A stretch of 39,748 nt of DNA from Acutalibacteraceae bacterium (GCA_036308615.1 JAXJVI010000099.1:1-39748), one strand, 5' to 3'. Counted from the stretch's first letter, positions 8,762 through 16,777 are shown. Numbers and translations: made by a program. The notes: a model not told the origin generated them from the sequence alone.

Positions 8762-9673
8762 TTATTTATAAATAATATTTCCTTGACATTCAACATTACC
8801 TTCTATTATCTTGCACTCTACGCTGCCTCCGCAACTAACATCACCTTTGATATTATCACCGCAAGCAACATTATCTCCACAGTTTACAGCACCGTTTATA
8901 TTACAGGCACAAGAAATACTATTTCCGCAATTAACGCCACCGCTAATCGAACCTCCGCAAGAAATATTACCATTAGCGTTTACATCGCCGTTTATATCTC
9001 CTTGACAAGAGACATTGTCTTTACATTCTCTTATATCGCCGTTAATTTGATTACATTCTATTTTGCCGTGACTTACAACATCTCCGTTAATACTCGCATC
9101 ACAGCAAACATTTCCAAAGACCTCAACCTTAAAATATTGACGTGTAGTTTCATTGCAATCGTGAGGAAACCTGATGCTAATGCATTCATTAATATTGTCT
9201 GACTTATCTAAAATTTTTCTGCCTTTCGCAAAAACAACACGTAGCGTATTATCATCCGGCCAAGAGAATTGCGAAGAGCAATCTTCTTTATCTGTAACTT
9301 CATCTTTCAGCAAGTCTATTAAATGTACTGCTTGTTCATAGCCGATATTCAGTTTCCTTTGCAACAATGATGTAGAAACTGTACCGCTTTCTTTTATAAT
9401 TTTCATTGCTTCAGAAAAAACAGCGTCTTTTTTAGTATCGTTAACTCCCTTAGTCACAGACATTCTCGGCTCATTACCAAACAATTCATCTATGCTTATC
9501 TCAAATATATCGGCAAGCTTTGGTATTAAGCTAATATCCGGGCAACACTGTGCCGACTCCCATTTAGATACAGACTGATTGGTTACACCTAATTTGCCGG
9601 CAAGTTCCTCTTGTGTCAAGCCTTGCTTTTTTCTATAAAAACAAATGGTATCATTCAACTTCAAATTATCCAT
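8762..9673 (-). CDS. XRE-HTH protein with FtsK-gamma-like winged helix and a Cys-rich beta-helix-like repeat domain
   Basis: 303-aa ORF. The N-terminus is GLTQEELAGKLGVTNQSVSKWESAQCCPDISLIPKLADIF (XRE HTH). The middle is AVFSEAMKIIKESGTVSTSLLQRKLNIGYEQAVHLIDLLKDE (FtsK gamma pattern S.S.LQR...IGY..A..LID). The C-terminal ~140 aa hold about 16 Cys in short G-D/N-I/V-x-C repeats (bactofilin-like). Confidence 0.75.
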   Translation of the reverse strand: MDNLKLNDTICFYRKKQGLTQEELAGKLGVTNQSVSKWESAQCCPDISLIPKLADIFEISIDELFGNEPRMSVTKGVNDTKKDAVFSEAMKIIKESGTVSTSLLQRKLNIGYEQAVHLIDLLKDEVTDKEDCSSQFSWPDDNTLRVVFAKGRKILDKSDNINECISIRFPHDCNETTRQYFKVEVFGNVCCDASINGDVVSHGKIECNQINGDIRECKDNVSCQGDINGDVNANGNISCGGSISGGVNCGNSISCACNINGAVNCGDNVACGDNIKGDVSCGGSVECKIIEGNVECQGNIIYK

Positions 9674-9859
9674 AATTACACTCCTTTATATTTCTTGTAG
9701 CTACATTTACATTTTAAATGTTATGAGGTTGCAAATCAATAACGCATTTATTGGAATTTTCCAACTCCGAGTTGGATCGGATTTTAACATTATGCCGCCC
9801 ATATGAAATGGACGGCTACTTGTATATTGAATATACCAAGTATTATCTTGCAGTATTAA

Positions 9860-11020
9860 TTAACATACGGTGTCATTCCTATAGGTTTGACGCTTACCTT
9901 TATCGCTACTTTCTAATCGTTCTTTTAATGCGATAAATTCTGCATTATCCTTTAATCCTTCAAAACAATTTTCATTTAAGTTTAATAACAATTGCTCGCA
10001 TAATGTTTTATCAGAGTTTGTTGATACATTTTGAGGATTCCAAGTCAGTTTACTGAAAAAAATAGAATTGTATTTTTGCTCTCCTAAATTAGAAGCGTCA
10101 TCATAGTTTGCTGCGCATTTTTCCGACAGTAATAAATTTTTAACAACTAAATCATTTTCATTTTTTTGACAATAAAGCTTTGCTATCATTAAATAGTATA
10201 CTGATAGTTGGTTGTTGTAGAAATTTTCACTTTCATCATCGTAAAGCATTGTTTTGTTGAGGTTAATTGCAGTATCAAGCATTTTAATTCGTTGGTCAAC
10301 GCTTAATCCTTGCCGTAGTTCCTTATCACAAGCCATTAAATAAAGTATACTGGAACAAAAGTGAAGCATAAATCTCAGATTGTTTTGTTCTTGCTTTAAG
10401 CGTTCAGTTCCAGAATAAATATGGCTCAATAGCATTTCCTTACAAATTAGCATATTCGGCATATCTTCGGCGAGCTTAATAGCCGCTTCTTTTTTGTTCA
10501 TTTTGGGATATTCATAGCAAAGTATTTGTATAGCACTATGCCTGATACCATCAACCGTACAATCTTCTAATATTCTTTCACATAAGGATATTGCTTCTTC
10601 TTTAAATTTGTGCTCTTTGCGATATTCTTGTTGTTCTTTTGTTGCACCGTAAGAAACTAATCCATAAGCAAGATTTAACATCCATTGAAAATTACGTGGA
10701 TACAAATCAAGCACTTTACGCGACAACTCAATTTTTTCTAAAATTTTCCCTTTGCGTCCAAGTTCGTGATACTCTTTTTCGTATCTTCTTAATTCAGCTT
10801 CATTTTCACTTGCTTTTAAATCAAGCAACTCATCCGTACTTACACCAAAAAAGTTTGCCAATTTAGGCAATAGTGTTATGTCCGGCAGAGCCAAACCGTT
10901 CTCCCATTTGCTAACTGCTTGATAGGAGATATTAAGGTAATCCGCTAACTTTTCTTGGGTTACATCCTGAGATTTACGCAGTTCCTTTATTTTTTCGCCA
11001 ATCTTTAACATAGCATTCAC
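9860..11020 (-). CDS. XRE-HTH regulator with helical-repeat (TPR-like) C-domain, RNPP-like architecture
   Basis: 386-aa ORF. The N-terminus is VTQEKLADYLNISYQAVSKWENGLALPDITLLPKLANFF. The remainder is predicted all-helical and repeat-like. Confidence 0.75.
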   Translation of the reverse strand: MNAMLKIGEKIKELRKSQDVTQEKLADYLNISYQAVSKWENGLALPDITLLPKLANFFGVSTDELLDLKASENEAELRRYEKEYHELGRKGKILEKIELSRKVLDLYPRNFQWMLNLAYGLVSYGATKEQQEYRKEHKFKEEAISLCERILEDCTVDGIRHSAIQILCYEYPKMNKKEAAIKLAEDMPNMLICKEMLLSHIYSGTERLKQEQNNLRFMLHFCSSILYLMACDKELRQGLSVDQRIKMLDTAINLNKTMLYDDESENFYNNQLSVYYLMIAKLYCQKNENDLVVKNLLLSEKCAANYDDASNLGEQKYNSIFFSKLTWNPQNVSTNSDKTLCEQLLLNLNENCFEGLKDNAEFIALKERLESSDKGKRQTYRNDTVC

Positions 11021-11176
11021 TCCAAATATTTATTCAAAAGCGCTTTCTGATTATAGTATAAATCATAGCAGTTCAAATGTGTATAACATAACCGTTTACC
11101 TGTATGCAACCACAGGTTGAGCCGGTGTGTTCTATAAATGCCGTTCACCAAAGCAAACGGCATATTATAATTTAAT

Positions 11177-11593
11177 TTACTTATTCTTTACACAAGTATA
11201 TCTTTTAGCATCAAATTTGACTGTTATATCAACAACAGTAAAACCATGCTTTTTATAAAATCCAATAGCATCGTCATCGGTTTCAGCGATGATTTTACTG
11301 ACCGCAAATTTACTGAAAATGTAATCTATAAGCATACTGCCGATACCTTTTCCCTGATATTCGGGTTTTACGGCAATATCCAGTATTTCGGCGGTTTGCT
11401 CTTTTATTTTAAATACAATAATCCCTTTGTTTTCACCGTTATCCGTATAGGCGTATGCCTTTACTTTGTCGTCTGCTTGATACTTTTCCGCACGGCTTAG
11501 CAACCGCTCGGGAGTTGGGTTAAATACGCTTGGAGCGAGTAAAGAATAAACGCTTTTGTTGCACAAGGATTCTTTTACATCTATAATATTCAT
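11177..11593 (-). CDS. GNAT-family N-acetyltransferase
   Basis: 138-aa ORF with acetyl-CoA motif A: IAVKPEYQGKGIGSMLIDYI ... AIGFYKKHGF. Confidence 0.8.
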   Translation of the reverse strand: MNIIDVKESLCNKSVYSLLAPSVFNPTPERLLSRAEKYQADDKVKAYAYTDNGENKGIIVFKIKEQTAEILDIAVKPEYQGKGIGSMLIDYIFSKFAVSKIIAETDDDAIGFYKKHGFTVVDITVKFDAKRYTCVKNK

Positions 11594-11620
11594 TTAATCT
11601 TTATCCTTTTCAAGGCCCTA

Positions 11621-12040
11621 TTACAAAACATAACTTACAAAAGAACCGGCAATAGTATTATCCGGCATTTTGACAGGGCTGATTGCAAATTTGTTTTTCA
11701 ACCATAGACGATGTGATGGAATATTTCTGATATCGCAGTAAGCACGGACTTGATAGACTTTTTCTTCTTTTGCTATTCCGATAATCTTTTCTATCATTCT
11801 TGAGCCGATACCTTGTGAACGCAAATTGATATTTAAAACTTCAATTACATTAATAAATATTTCGCTTTGCTCTATCGGTGCCGGAATATCTCTTTTGAAT
11901 GCCCATAGAAAACCTATCATATTGTTATCAGTTTCGGCAATTATGAAATAACCGTTTTCACCAATAACATTCTTGGTATATGGATATGTTGTGATAAGTT
12001 GTTGCTTTTCTTTTTCAGTTCCAATTCGTATATTTACCAT
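11621..12040 (-). CDS. GNAT-family N-acetyltransferase
   Basis: 139-aa ORF with LRSQGIGSRMIEKII (Q/RxxGxG/A motif). It sits in tandem with the preceding GNAT. Confidence 0.75.
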   Translation of the reverse strand: MVNIRIGTEKEKQQLITTYPYTKNVIGENGYFIIAETDNNMIGFLWAFKRDIPAPIEQSEIFINVIEVLNINLRSQGIGSRMIEKIIGIAKEEKVYQVRAYCDIRNIPSHRLWLKNKFAISPVKMPDNTIAGSFVSYVL

Positions 12041-12161
12041 TTTTAAAATACTCCTTAATATCTACTACAAACTGATTTCCGCAGCGGGCAAGCTCGCCGA
12101 GGACACGGTCGATACCTTGTTCGGTTTTATAATCATTACTTTTGAAAGACCAAATTCAAAT

Positions 12162-12881
12162 TCAATCCTCACTATATTCATGCGGTTTTGCTTTATAATC
12201 TTTGGTGTGATATTTTTCGTATTTACTGCTTTTCGCATTTTCAAGTTCGGTATCATCACTGTAATCTATCGGTTCGGTACAAATAGCATCATTTAATATC
12301 TTCTCTAAATGTTCATATTCTGAAAACTTATCCAAAGAAGCCATCACCAAAGCATCTCTAAAATATCCTGAACTTTGCGCAATCAACTCTTGGTCGAAAT
12401 AATATCCATAATGCTCGACAAAGAAAGTCATTAGCATAACAACAATTCTTGTGTTGCCTTCCCTGAACGGATGTATCTGCCAAAGTTTGGAAAAATGACG
12501 AGCTATGAGCTTTACAAATTCGTCCTTACTTAAATCCTGCCATTTTATTTTGTTAATTTCTTTCCAAGCGTTATTTAATTCCTTTTCAACACTATCGCAA
12601 TTAGTATACCAAACACTCTTGCCTGCAAGAATATCTTCATGTTTTTGAATATTTATTACTCTAAACTTTCCTGCCCATTCATAAACATCTTCAAATAGTT
12701 TCTTGTGTATGAAAGCAATACCATCGGTTGTAAAGTCTGAAAAATCCGATTGATACATAAGCATCATCTTTGCTCGAGATAATTCAGCTTCTGCTAAATC
12801 AAGTTCTTCATCATCAGTAATATTTAAAATATTTTTTAATACATTGCTGTTATCGTATAAATATATATCATATTTAGACAT
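12162..12881 (-). CDS. Fic-domain protein (putative toxin) with a non-canonical active-site motif
   Basis: Start chosen at MSKYDIYLYDNSNVLKNILNI, comp(12879-12881). The Fic motif is HPFREGNTRIVV, versus canonical HxFx(D/E)GNGRxxR. Confidence 0.8.
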   Translation of the reverse strand: MSKYDIYLYDNSNVLKNILNITDDEELDLAEAELSRAKMMLMYQSDFSDFTTDGIAFIHKKLFEDVYEWAGKFRVINIQKHEDILAGKSVWYTNCDSVEKELNNAWKEINKIKWQDLSKDEFVKLIARHFSKLWQIHPFREGNTRIVVMLMTFFVEHYGYYFDQELIAQSSGYFRDALVMASLDKFSEYEHLEKILNDAICTEPIDYSDDTELENAKSSKYEKYHTKDYKAKPHEYSED

Positions 12882-13077
12882 TTGGCACCTTCTTATGTGC
12901 ATTAACAAGTAATTCTATCATTTGAGAATCCGAAATATTACCCTGCGCCCATTTTTCTGATAGCTCTTTAGCATATGTTGAAATAGGTGCCCCCTCAATG
13001 CTATTTATTGCGTCGGCAATTTTAACAGCTCTTTTTCGCTTTTGAATTTCCACAGGTGACATATTATCCCTCCTCAT
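12874..13077 (-). CDS. VbhA-like antitoxin (Fic inhibitory-glutamate peptide)
   Basis: 67-aa ORF overlapping the Fic start by 8 nt. RKRAVKIADAINSIEGAPIS aligns with the VbhA pattern ...A.AS..LEG..., and the (S/T)xxxE(G/N) spacing is one residue off. Confidence 0.6.
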   Translation of the reverse strand: MRRDNMSPVEIQKRKRAVKIADAINSIEGAPISTYAKELSEKWAQGNISDSQMIELLVNAHKKVPNV

Positions 13078-13091
13078 TATTACTTTATTAT

Positions 13092-13120
13092 ATTATACCT
13101 TTTAGGTAATGTTAAGTCAA
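13092..13120 (-). promoter_or_regulatory. Sigma-A-type promoter for the antitoxin-Fic operon
   Basis: On the minus strand: TTGACT (comp 13115-13120), 17-nt spacer, TATAAT (comp 13092-13097), about 15 nt upstream of the antitoxin start. Confidence 0.6.
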
Positions 13121-13297
13121 TATTGCTTAATTGGAATTTTTGAAAACTATTTCACGCGATTTGACTGATAACAATTAGTATCGTTGCATCACTATAACAT
13201 ACTTAAAGATTTTTTATGAATTTTTAACCCACTTTTAAAAAATAATTAAATTTGTAGGTTAATTTTGTTTTTGCATATTCAGTTGTCGTAAAATGGT

Positions 13298-13324
13298 GAA
13301 AACCCGCATAAACAGCGGGTTTTC
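13298..13324. terminator. 10-bp stem hairpin, terminator-like in both directions
   Basis: GAAAACCCGC-ATAAACA-GCGGGTTTTC. It lies just downstream (minus strand) of the 59-codon cwlD' ORF and upstream of the Fic module. Confidence 0.55.
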
Positions 13325-13359
13325 GGGGTGTTTTATATTGAATTTTCACGGCAGATTTC

Positions 13360-13537
13360 AGACCCAATCTGTAGTATTAACTAACCCGCCGTGACCTGCG
13401 TCAATAATTATTGTCTGCCGTTCGGTTACCGTACCGCCGACTGTGATATATTCATATCCCTTTGCTACCGCGGTGCTGAGTATTGCGAGGCACAAAACAA
13501 CCGCTAAAATCACCGCAATTTTTCTTTTTAAAATCAC
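13360..13537 (-). pseudogene. Displaced 5' fragment of a cwlD-like gene (59 codons)
   Basis: Reverse translation from GTG comp(13535-13537), with the same GGAG RBS as cwlD, gives MILKRKIAVILAVVLCLAILSTAVAKGYEYITVGGTVTERQTIIIDAGHGG-LVNTTDWV*. The amidase body is missing. Confidence 0.85.
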
Positions 13538-13597
13538 ATTATCACTCCAGTCGCTTCTGTTTTAAAAATATGATTTTTGAAGGACGGATAGAACATA
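13381..13597. repeat. Right copy of the 217-bp direct repeat
   Basis: See the left copy at 1641-1857. Confidence 0.95.
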
Positions 13598-13643
13598 TAT
13601 GAATTTTATAATGCGGCGGATATATTGCTTAAAGCTGATTCTA

Positions 13644-14576
13644 TTATAAGAAAATTGCAAACATTACGGGTATTGTAATAATTGAAATCAAATGAGAGAT
13701 TAGTGCCATTGAGGCCCCGGGAGTGGTGTCTCCTCCGTAGGCGGCGGGGAATACCACCGTGTTAAGACCCAGCGGCATAGCGGTGGCGCAAAGTGCCGCG
13801 CGTATAATTGCGTTATCGGTTTTAAGCGCCAATAAAACGAGCATAAACAGAGAGGGGAGGATTATAAGCCGGATAAGCGAGGCCAGGTATACCTTTTTGT
13901 CGCTCGCCAGCTTTTTAAGACTGTAGCCGCCTATAACAAAGCCGGTAAGCAGCATTGCGAGGGGTGACATACAGGCTCCCGCCGAGGAAATCGCAGAGGT
14001 TATGAATTTAGGTAACGGAACCGAACAGAGCCCGCAAACGGCTCCGAGAATTAAGGAAATGAAAATCGGGTTTACAAAGGTTTTAAGGCTCACTTTTCCG
14101 CCCTTATCGCTCGGTATAAGGGAGGCTGTGCCTATAGAATAGACATAAAGGTTAAGGGGAAGGGTGAAAATCATATAATCAAAGAGGATTTTCTCACCGA
14201 AGACGCCGAGCACTACCGCATTGCCCATAAAGCTGAAATTCGCCACCGCGAAGGAATATGTATATATTTTGCGAAGATAGCCGTCCTTAGCAAAGAGCTT
14301 TGCCAAAAAAACACCGATAACAAGTGACACTGCCATTACAGCCGTTCCGTACAGTATGTAAACCGATTTCTGTTTAAAATTTTCCACCGTGCAGTACTTA
14401 TAAAATACCGAGAAAACAAGGCAGGGTACAAAAAGATAGGTTTCAAGCTTGGAAAGCACCGTGGAGCTATCTTTAGGTAAGAGACCTTTTTTGTTTAACA
14501 TAAAGCCCAGCGCCATGAATATAAACAGCACCAGCATTTGATTGAGTGTTGCCGAAAAAACCTGCATAAAAAACAT
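13644..14576 (-). CDS. AEC-family (auxin efflux carrier / malate permease-like) transporter
   Basis: 310-aa polytopic membrane ORF with a typical AEC N-terminus (FSATLNQMLVLFIFMALGFMLNKKGLL). The start may be the MQVF codon 3 codons downstream. Confidence 0.75.
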   Translation of the reverse strand: MFFMQVFSATLNQMLVLFIFMALGFMLNKKGLLPKDSSTVLSKLETYLFVPCLVFSVFYKYCTVENFKQKSVYILYGTAVMAVSLVIGVFLAKLFAKDGYLRKIYTYSFAVANFSFMGNAVVLGVFGEKILFDYMIFTLPLNLYVYSIGTASLIPSDKGGKVSLKTFVNPIFISLILGAVCGLCSVPLPKFITSAISSAGACMSPLAMLLTGFVIGGYSLKKLASDKKVYLASLIRLIILPSLFMLVLLALKTDNAIIRAALCATAMPLGLNTVVFPAAYGGDTTPGASMALISHLISIITIPVMFAIFL

Positions 14577-14712
14577 CCTTATTATTATTTTGTTTGATTA
14601 TAGCACAACACAGATAAGCTTTTCAAGCACATCTATAAAGGTTTTTTAATTTCTTTTCAAAATTCCGGTTGATTATGAAAGAAAATTATAATATAATAGA
14701 TATAATAATGTC

Positions 14713-14742
14713 AGGCGTGACGGGTTCGACTCTCGTCAGCCT
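14713..14742 (+). other. tRNA-like acceptor/T-arm minihelix
   Basis: AGGC(G)TGACGGGTTCGACTCTCGTCAGCCT. The T-arm is ACGGG-TTCGACT-CTCGT with the canonical GTTCGA loop. It stacks on a 6-bp stem AGGCTG/CAGCCT with one bulged G. No D or anticodon arm lies upstream, where the sequence is AT-rich. Confidence 0.5.
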
Positions 14743-14758
14743 AAGGGCGGTGAAGCGT

Positions 14759-16777
14759 ATGGGTATGAAAAAATGGAAGGTCGCGGATTTTGATAAGGCT
14801 CTTGCCAAGGAGCTGGCGGAAGAGTGCGATGTTGACCCGATAATTGCGCTTATCGCCTCGGCAAGGGGATATACCGACCCCGCCGCCCTTGAGGAGTTTT
14901 TATCTGATGAGCCGTATTTTGAAGACCCGAGAAACCTTGCCGATATTGAAAAAGCGGCAGAGATAATAAACTCTGAAATTGAAAAGGGCAATAAAATCGC
15001 GGTTTTCGGGGATTATGACTGCGACGGCGTAACCGCCACCGCAATTATGTACAGCTATCTTTCGGGCAGGGGAGCGGACTGTATTTACTATATACCCGAC
15101 CGCTTTGACGAGGGCTACGGTATGAACTGCGAAGCCGTTAAAAAGCTCAAGGACGGGGGCGTTAGCCTTTTAATTACGGTGGATAACGGCATTGCCTGCC
15201 ATAATGAAATAAAGCTTGCAAGGGATCTTGGGATTTCGGTCGTGGTGACCGACCACCATTTACCGCCCGATACCCTGCCGGATGCCGACGCGGTGGTTGA
15301 CCCGCACAGAGCCGATTGCCCCTCGGAATTCAAGGAAATATGCGGAGCAGAGGTTGCCTTTAAGCTTATATGCGTTATGGAGGACAAGGAGCCCGAGGAG
15401 CTTTTGCCCTATTTCGCCGACCTTTTAAGCGTGGCGGTCTCGGCTGATGTTATGCCCTTGACCCTCGAAAACCGCGCTATTGTAAAATACGGGGTAGAGA
15501 AGCTTAAAACCGCACCCGCGACGGGACTTTCGGCTATTCTTAATGTTGCGGGAATTTCCTCTGATTCGGTAAACGCGGGGAAAATCGCCTTCGGAATTGC
15601 GCCGAGGATTAACGCCGCAGGCAGAATGGGGAGCGCAAAGCGGGCGGTGGAACTGCTCCTTTGCGACAATATGCTCAAAGCACTGGGCATTGCGGGGGAA
15701 ATTGACAACGCAAATGCCGAACGCCAGCGCATAGAAAAGGAAATTTTCGCGCAGGCTGTGGAAATAATTGAGGAAAAGGGCTATAAATACGACCGCGTTA
15801 TCGTTGTGGAGGGTGAAAACTGGCATAACGGCGTGGTGGGAATTGTCGCTTCAAGAATAACCGAGCGGTACGGCTGTCCCTCTGTTGTAATCTCTAAAAA
15901 CGGGGAAAGTGCGAGTGGCTCGGGAAGGAGCATAGAGGGCTTTTCGCTTTATAATGCTATAAAATATGCCTCGGACACTCTAATTAAATTCGGCGGTCAC
16001 GAGCTTGCGGCGGGTGTAAGCCTTAAAACGGAGAATATAGAGAAGTTCAGACAAAAAATCAATGAATACGCGGCTGGGCAGGAATATGTGCCGCCTGTGC
16101 TAAAGCTTGACTGCAGACTTAATCCCTCGGCATTAAGCCTTGACTTAGCGGAGGCTTTAAAGGAATTGGAGCCCTTCGGCCACGGCAACCCGGCCCCGCT
16201 TTTCGGGGTATACGGTGTAACCCTTTCCCGCATTACACCTATTGGCGGAGGTAAGCATCTAAGGCTCCTGTTTTCAAAGGGAAATAATTCCTTTCAGGCT
16301 CTCCTTTTCGGGATGACAAGGGAGCGTTTCTGCTTTGGCGAGGGGGATATTTTAGACGCCGCAGTAACGGTCGATACCAACCTTTATAACGGCGAGATGA
16401 ATCTTTCCGTTCAGATAAAGGCGCTTAGAATGAGCGGTACGGACGATGAGCGGCTGTTCAGGGAAATTGACGGTCTTAACAGCTATATGGCGGGCAAAGA
16501 ATTTGATGTTAATCTTCTGCTCCCGTCAAGAGCGGAAACGGGAATAATATATAAATACATAACTGCGGCACCTGCAACGGAGGAAAGAATCAAATATGTC
16601 CACCTAAACACCGTAGGCTACGCTAAAACCGCAATATCCCTTATGACGCTTACGGAATTAGGGCTTATCATTAAGGATGGCTCGGGAATTTACAAAAGCA
16701 CAGGAACACATACCAAAACCGAGCTTACAAACTCGGCGGTTTACAAAGGCTTACTTGAAAGGAGGGAAACGGTATGA
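14759..16777 (+). CDS. recJ: Single-stranded-DNA-specific exonuclease RecJ
   Basis: DHH motifs VFGDYDCDGVTA, ITVDNG and VVVTDHH, plus the DHHA1 motif GGHELAAG. Start chosen at MGMKKWKV; the upstream 30 codons of the ORF-track call cover the AT-rich leader. Confidence 0.9.
   Translation: MGMKKWKVADFDKALAKELAEECDVDPIIALIASARGYTDPAALEEFLSDEPYFEDPRNLADIEKAAEIINSEIEKGNKIAVFGDYDCDGVTATAIMYSYLSGRGADCIYYIPDRFDEGYGMNCEAVKKLKDGGVSLLITVDNGIACHNEIKLARDLGISVVVTDHHLPPDTLPDADAVVDPHRADCPSEFKEICGAEVAFKLICVMEDKEPEELLPYFADLLSVAVSADVMPLTLENRAIVKYGVEKLKTAPATGLSAILNVAGISSDSVNAGKIAFGIAPRINAAGRMGSAKRAVELLLCDNMLKALGIAGEIDNANAERQRIEKEIFAQAVEIIEEKGYKYDRVIVVEGENWHNGVVGIVASRITERYGCPSVVISKNGESASGSGRSIEGFSLYNAIKYASDTLIKFGGHELAAGVSLKTENIEKFRQKINEYAAGQEYVPPVLKLDCRLNPSALSLDLAEALKELEPFGHGNPAPLFGVYGVTLSRITPIGGGKHLRLLFSKGNNSFQALLFGMTRERFCFGEGDILDAAVTVDTNLYNGEMNLSVQIKALRMSGTDDERLFREIDGLNSYMAGKEFDVNLLLPSRAETGIIYKYITAAPATEERIKYVHLNTVGYAKTAISLMTLTELGLIIKDGSGIYKSTGTHTKTELTNSAVYKGLLERRETV

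Noticed and set aside
8759-9202. 147-aa + strand ORF and 64-aa ORF 8811-9005
   Set aside because: They are antisense shadows of the Cys-rich repeat region of the 303-aa minus-strand gene. Repetitive codons keep the opposite frames open.
9707-9802. 31-codon minus-strand ORF (MGGIMLKSDPTRSWKIPINALLICNLITFKM) downstream of the HTH-TPR gene, as a candidate RNPP signalling pro-peptide
   Set aside because: It has no RBS and no signal-peptide-like N-terminus. It also overlaps the likely terminator hairpin and the promoter of the next gene. The idea is unsupported.
1858-13380. Search for an integrase, transposase or relaxase inside the island
   Set aside because: None of the ORFs or inter-ORF frames shows recombinase motifs (R-H-R-Y, an N-terminal Ser-recombinase motif or DDE). 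I therefore did not annotate the island as an ICE, IME or prophage.
14669-14758. 30-codon N-terminal extension of recJ
   Set aside because: It covers the AT-rich leader and the tRNA-like hairpin. The RecJ-like sequence begins at MGMKKWKV.
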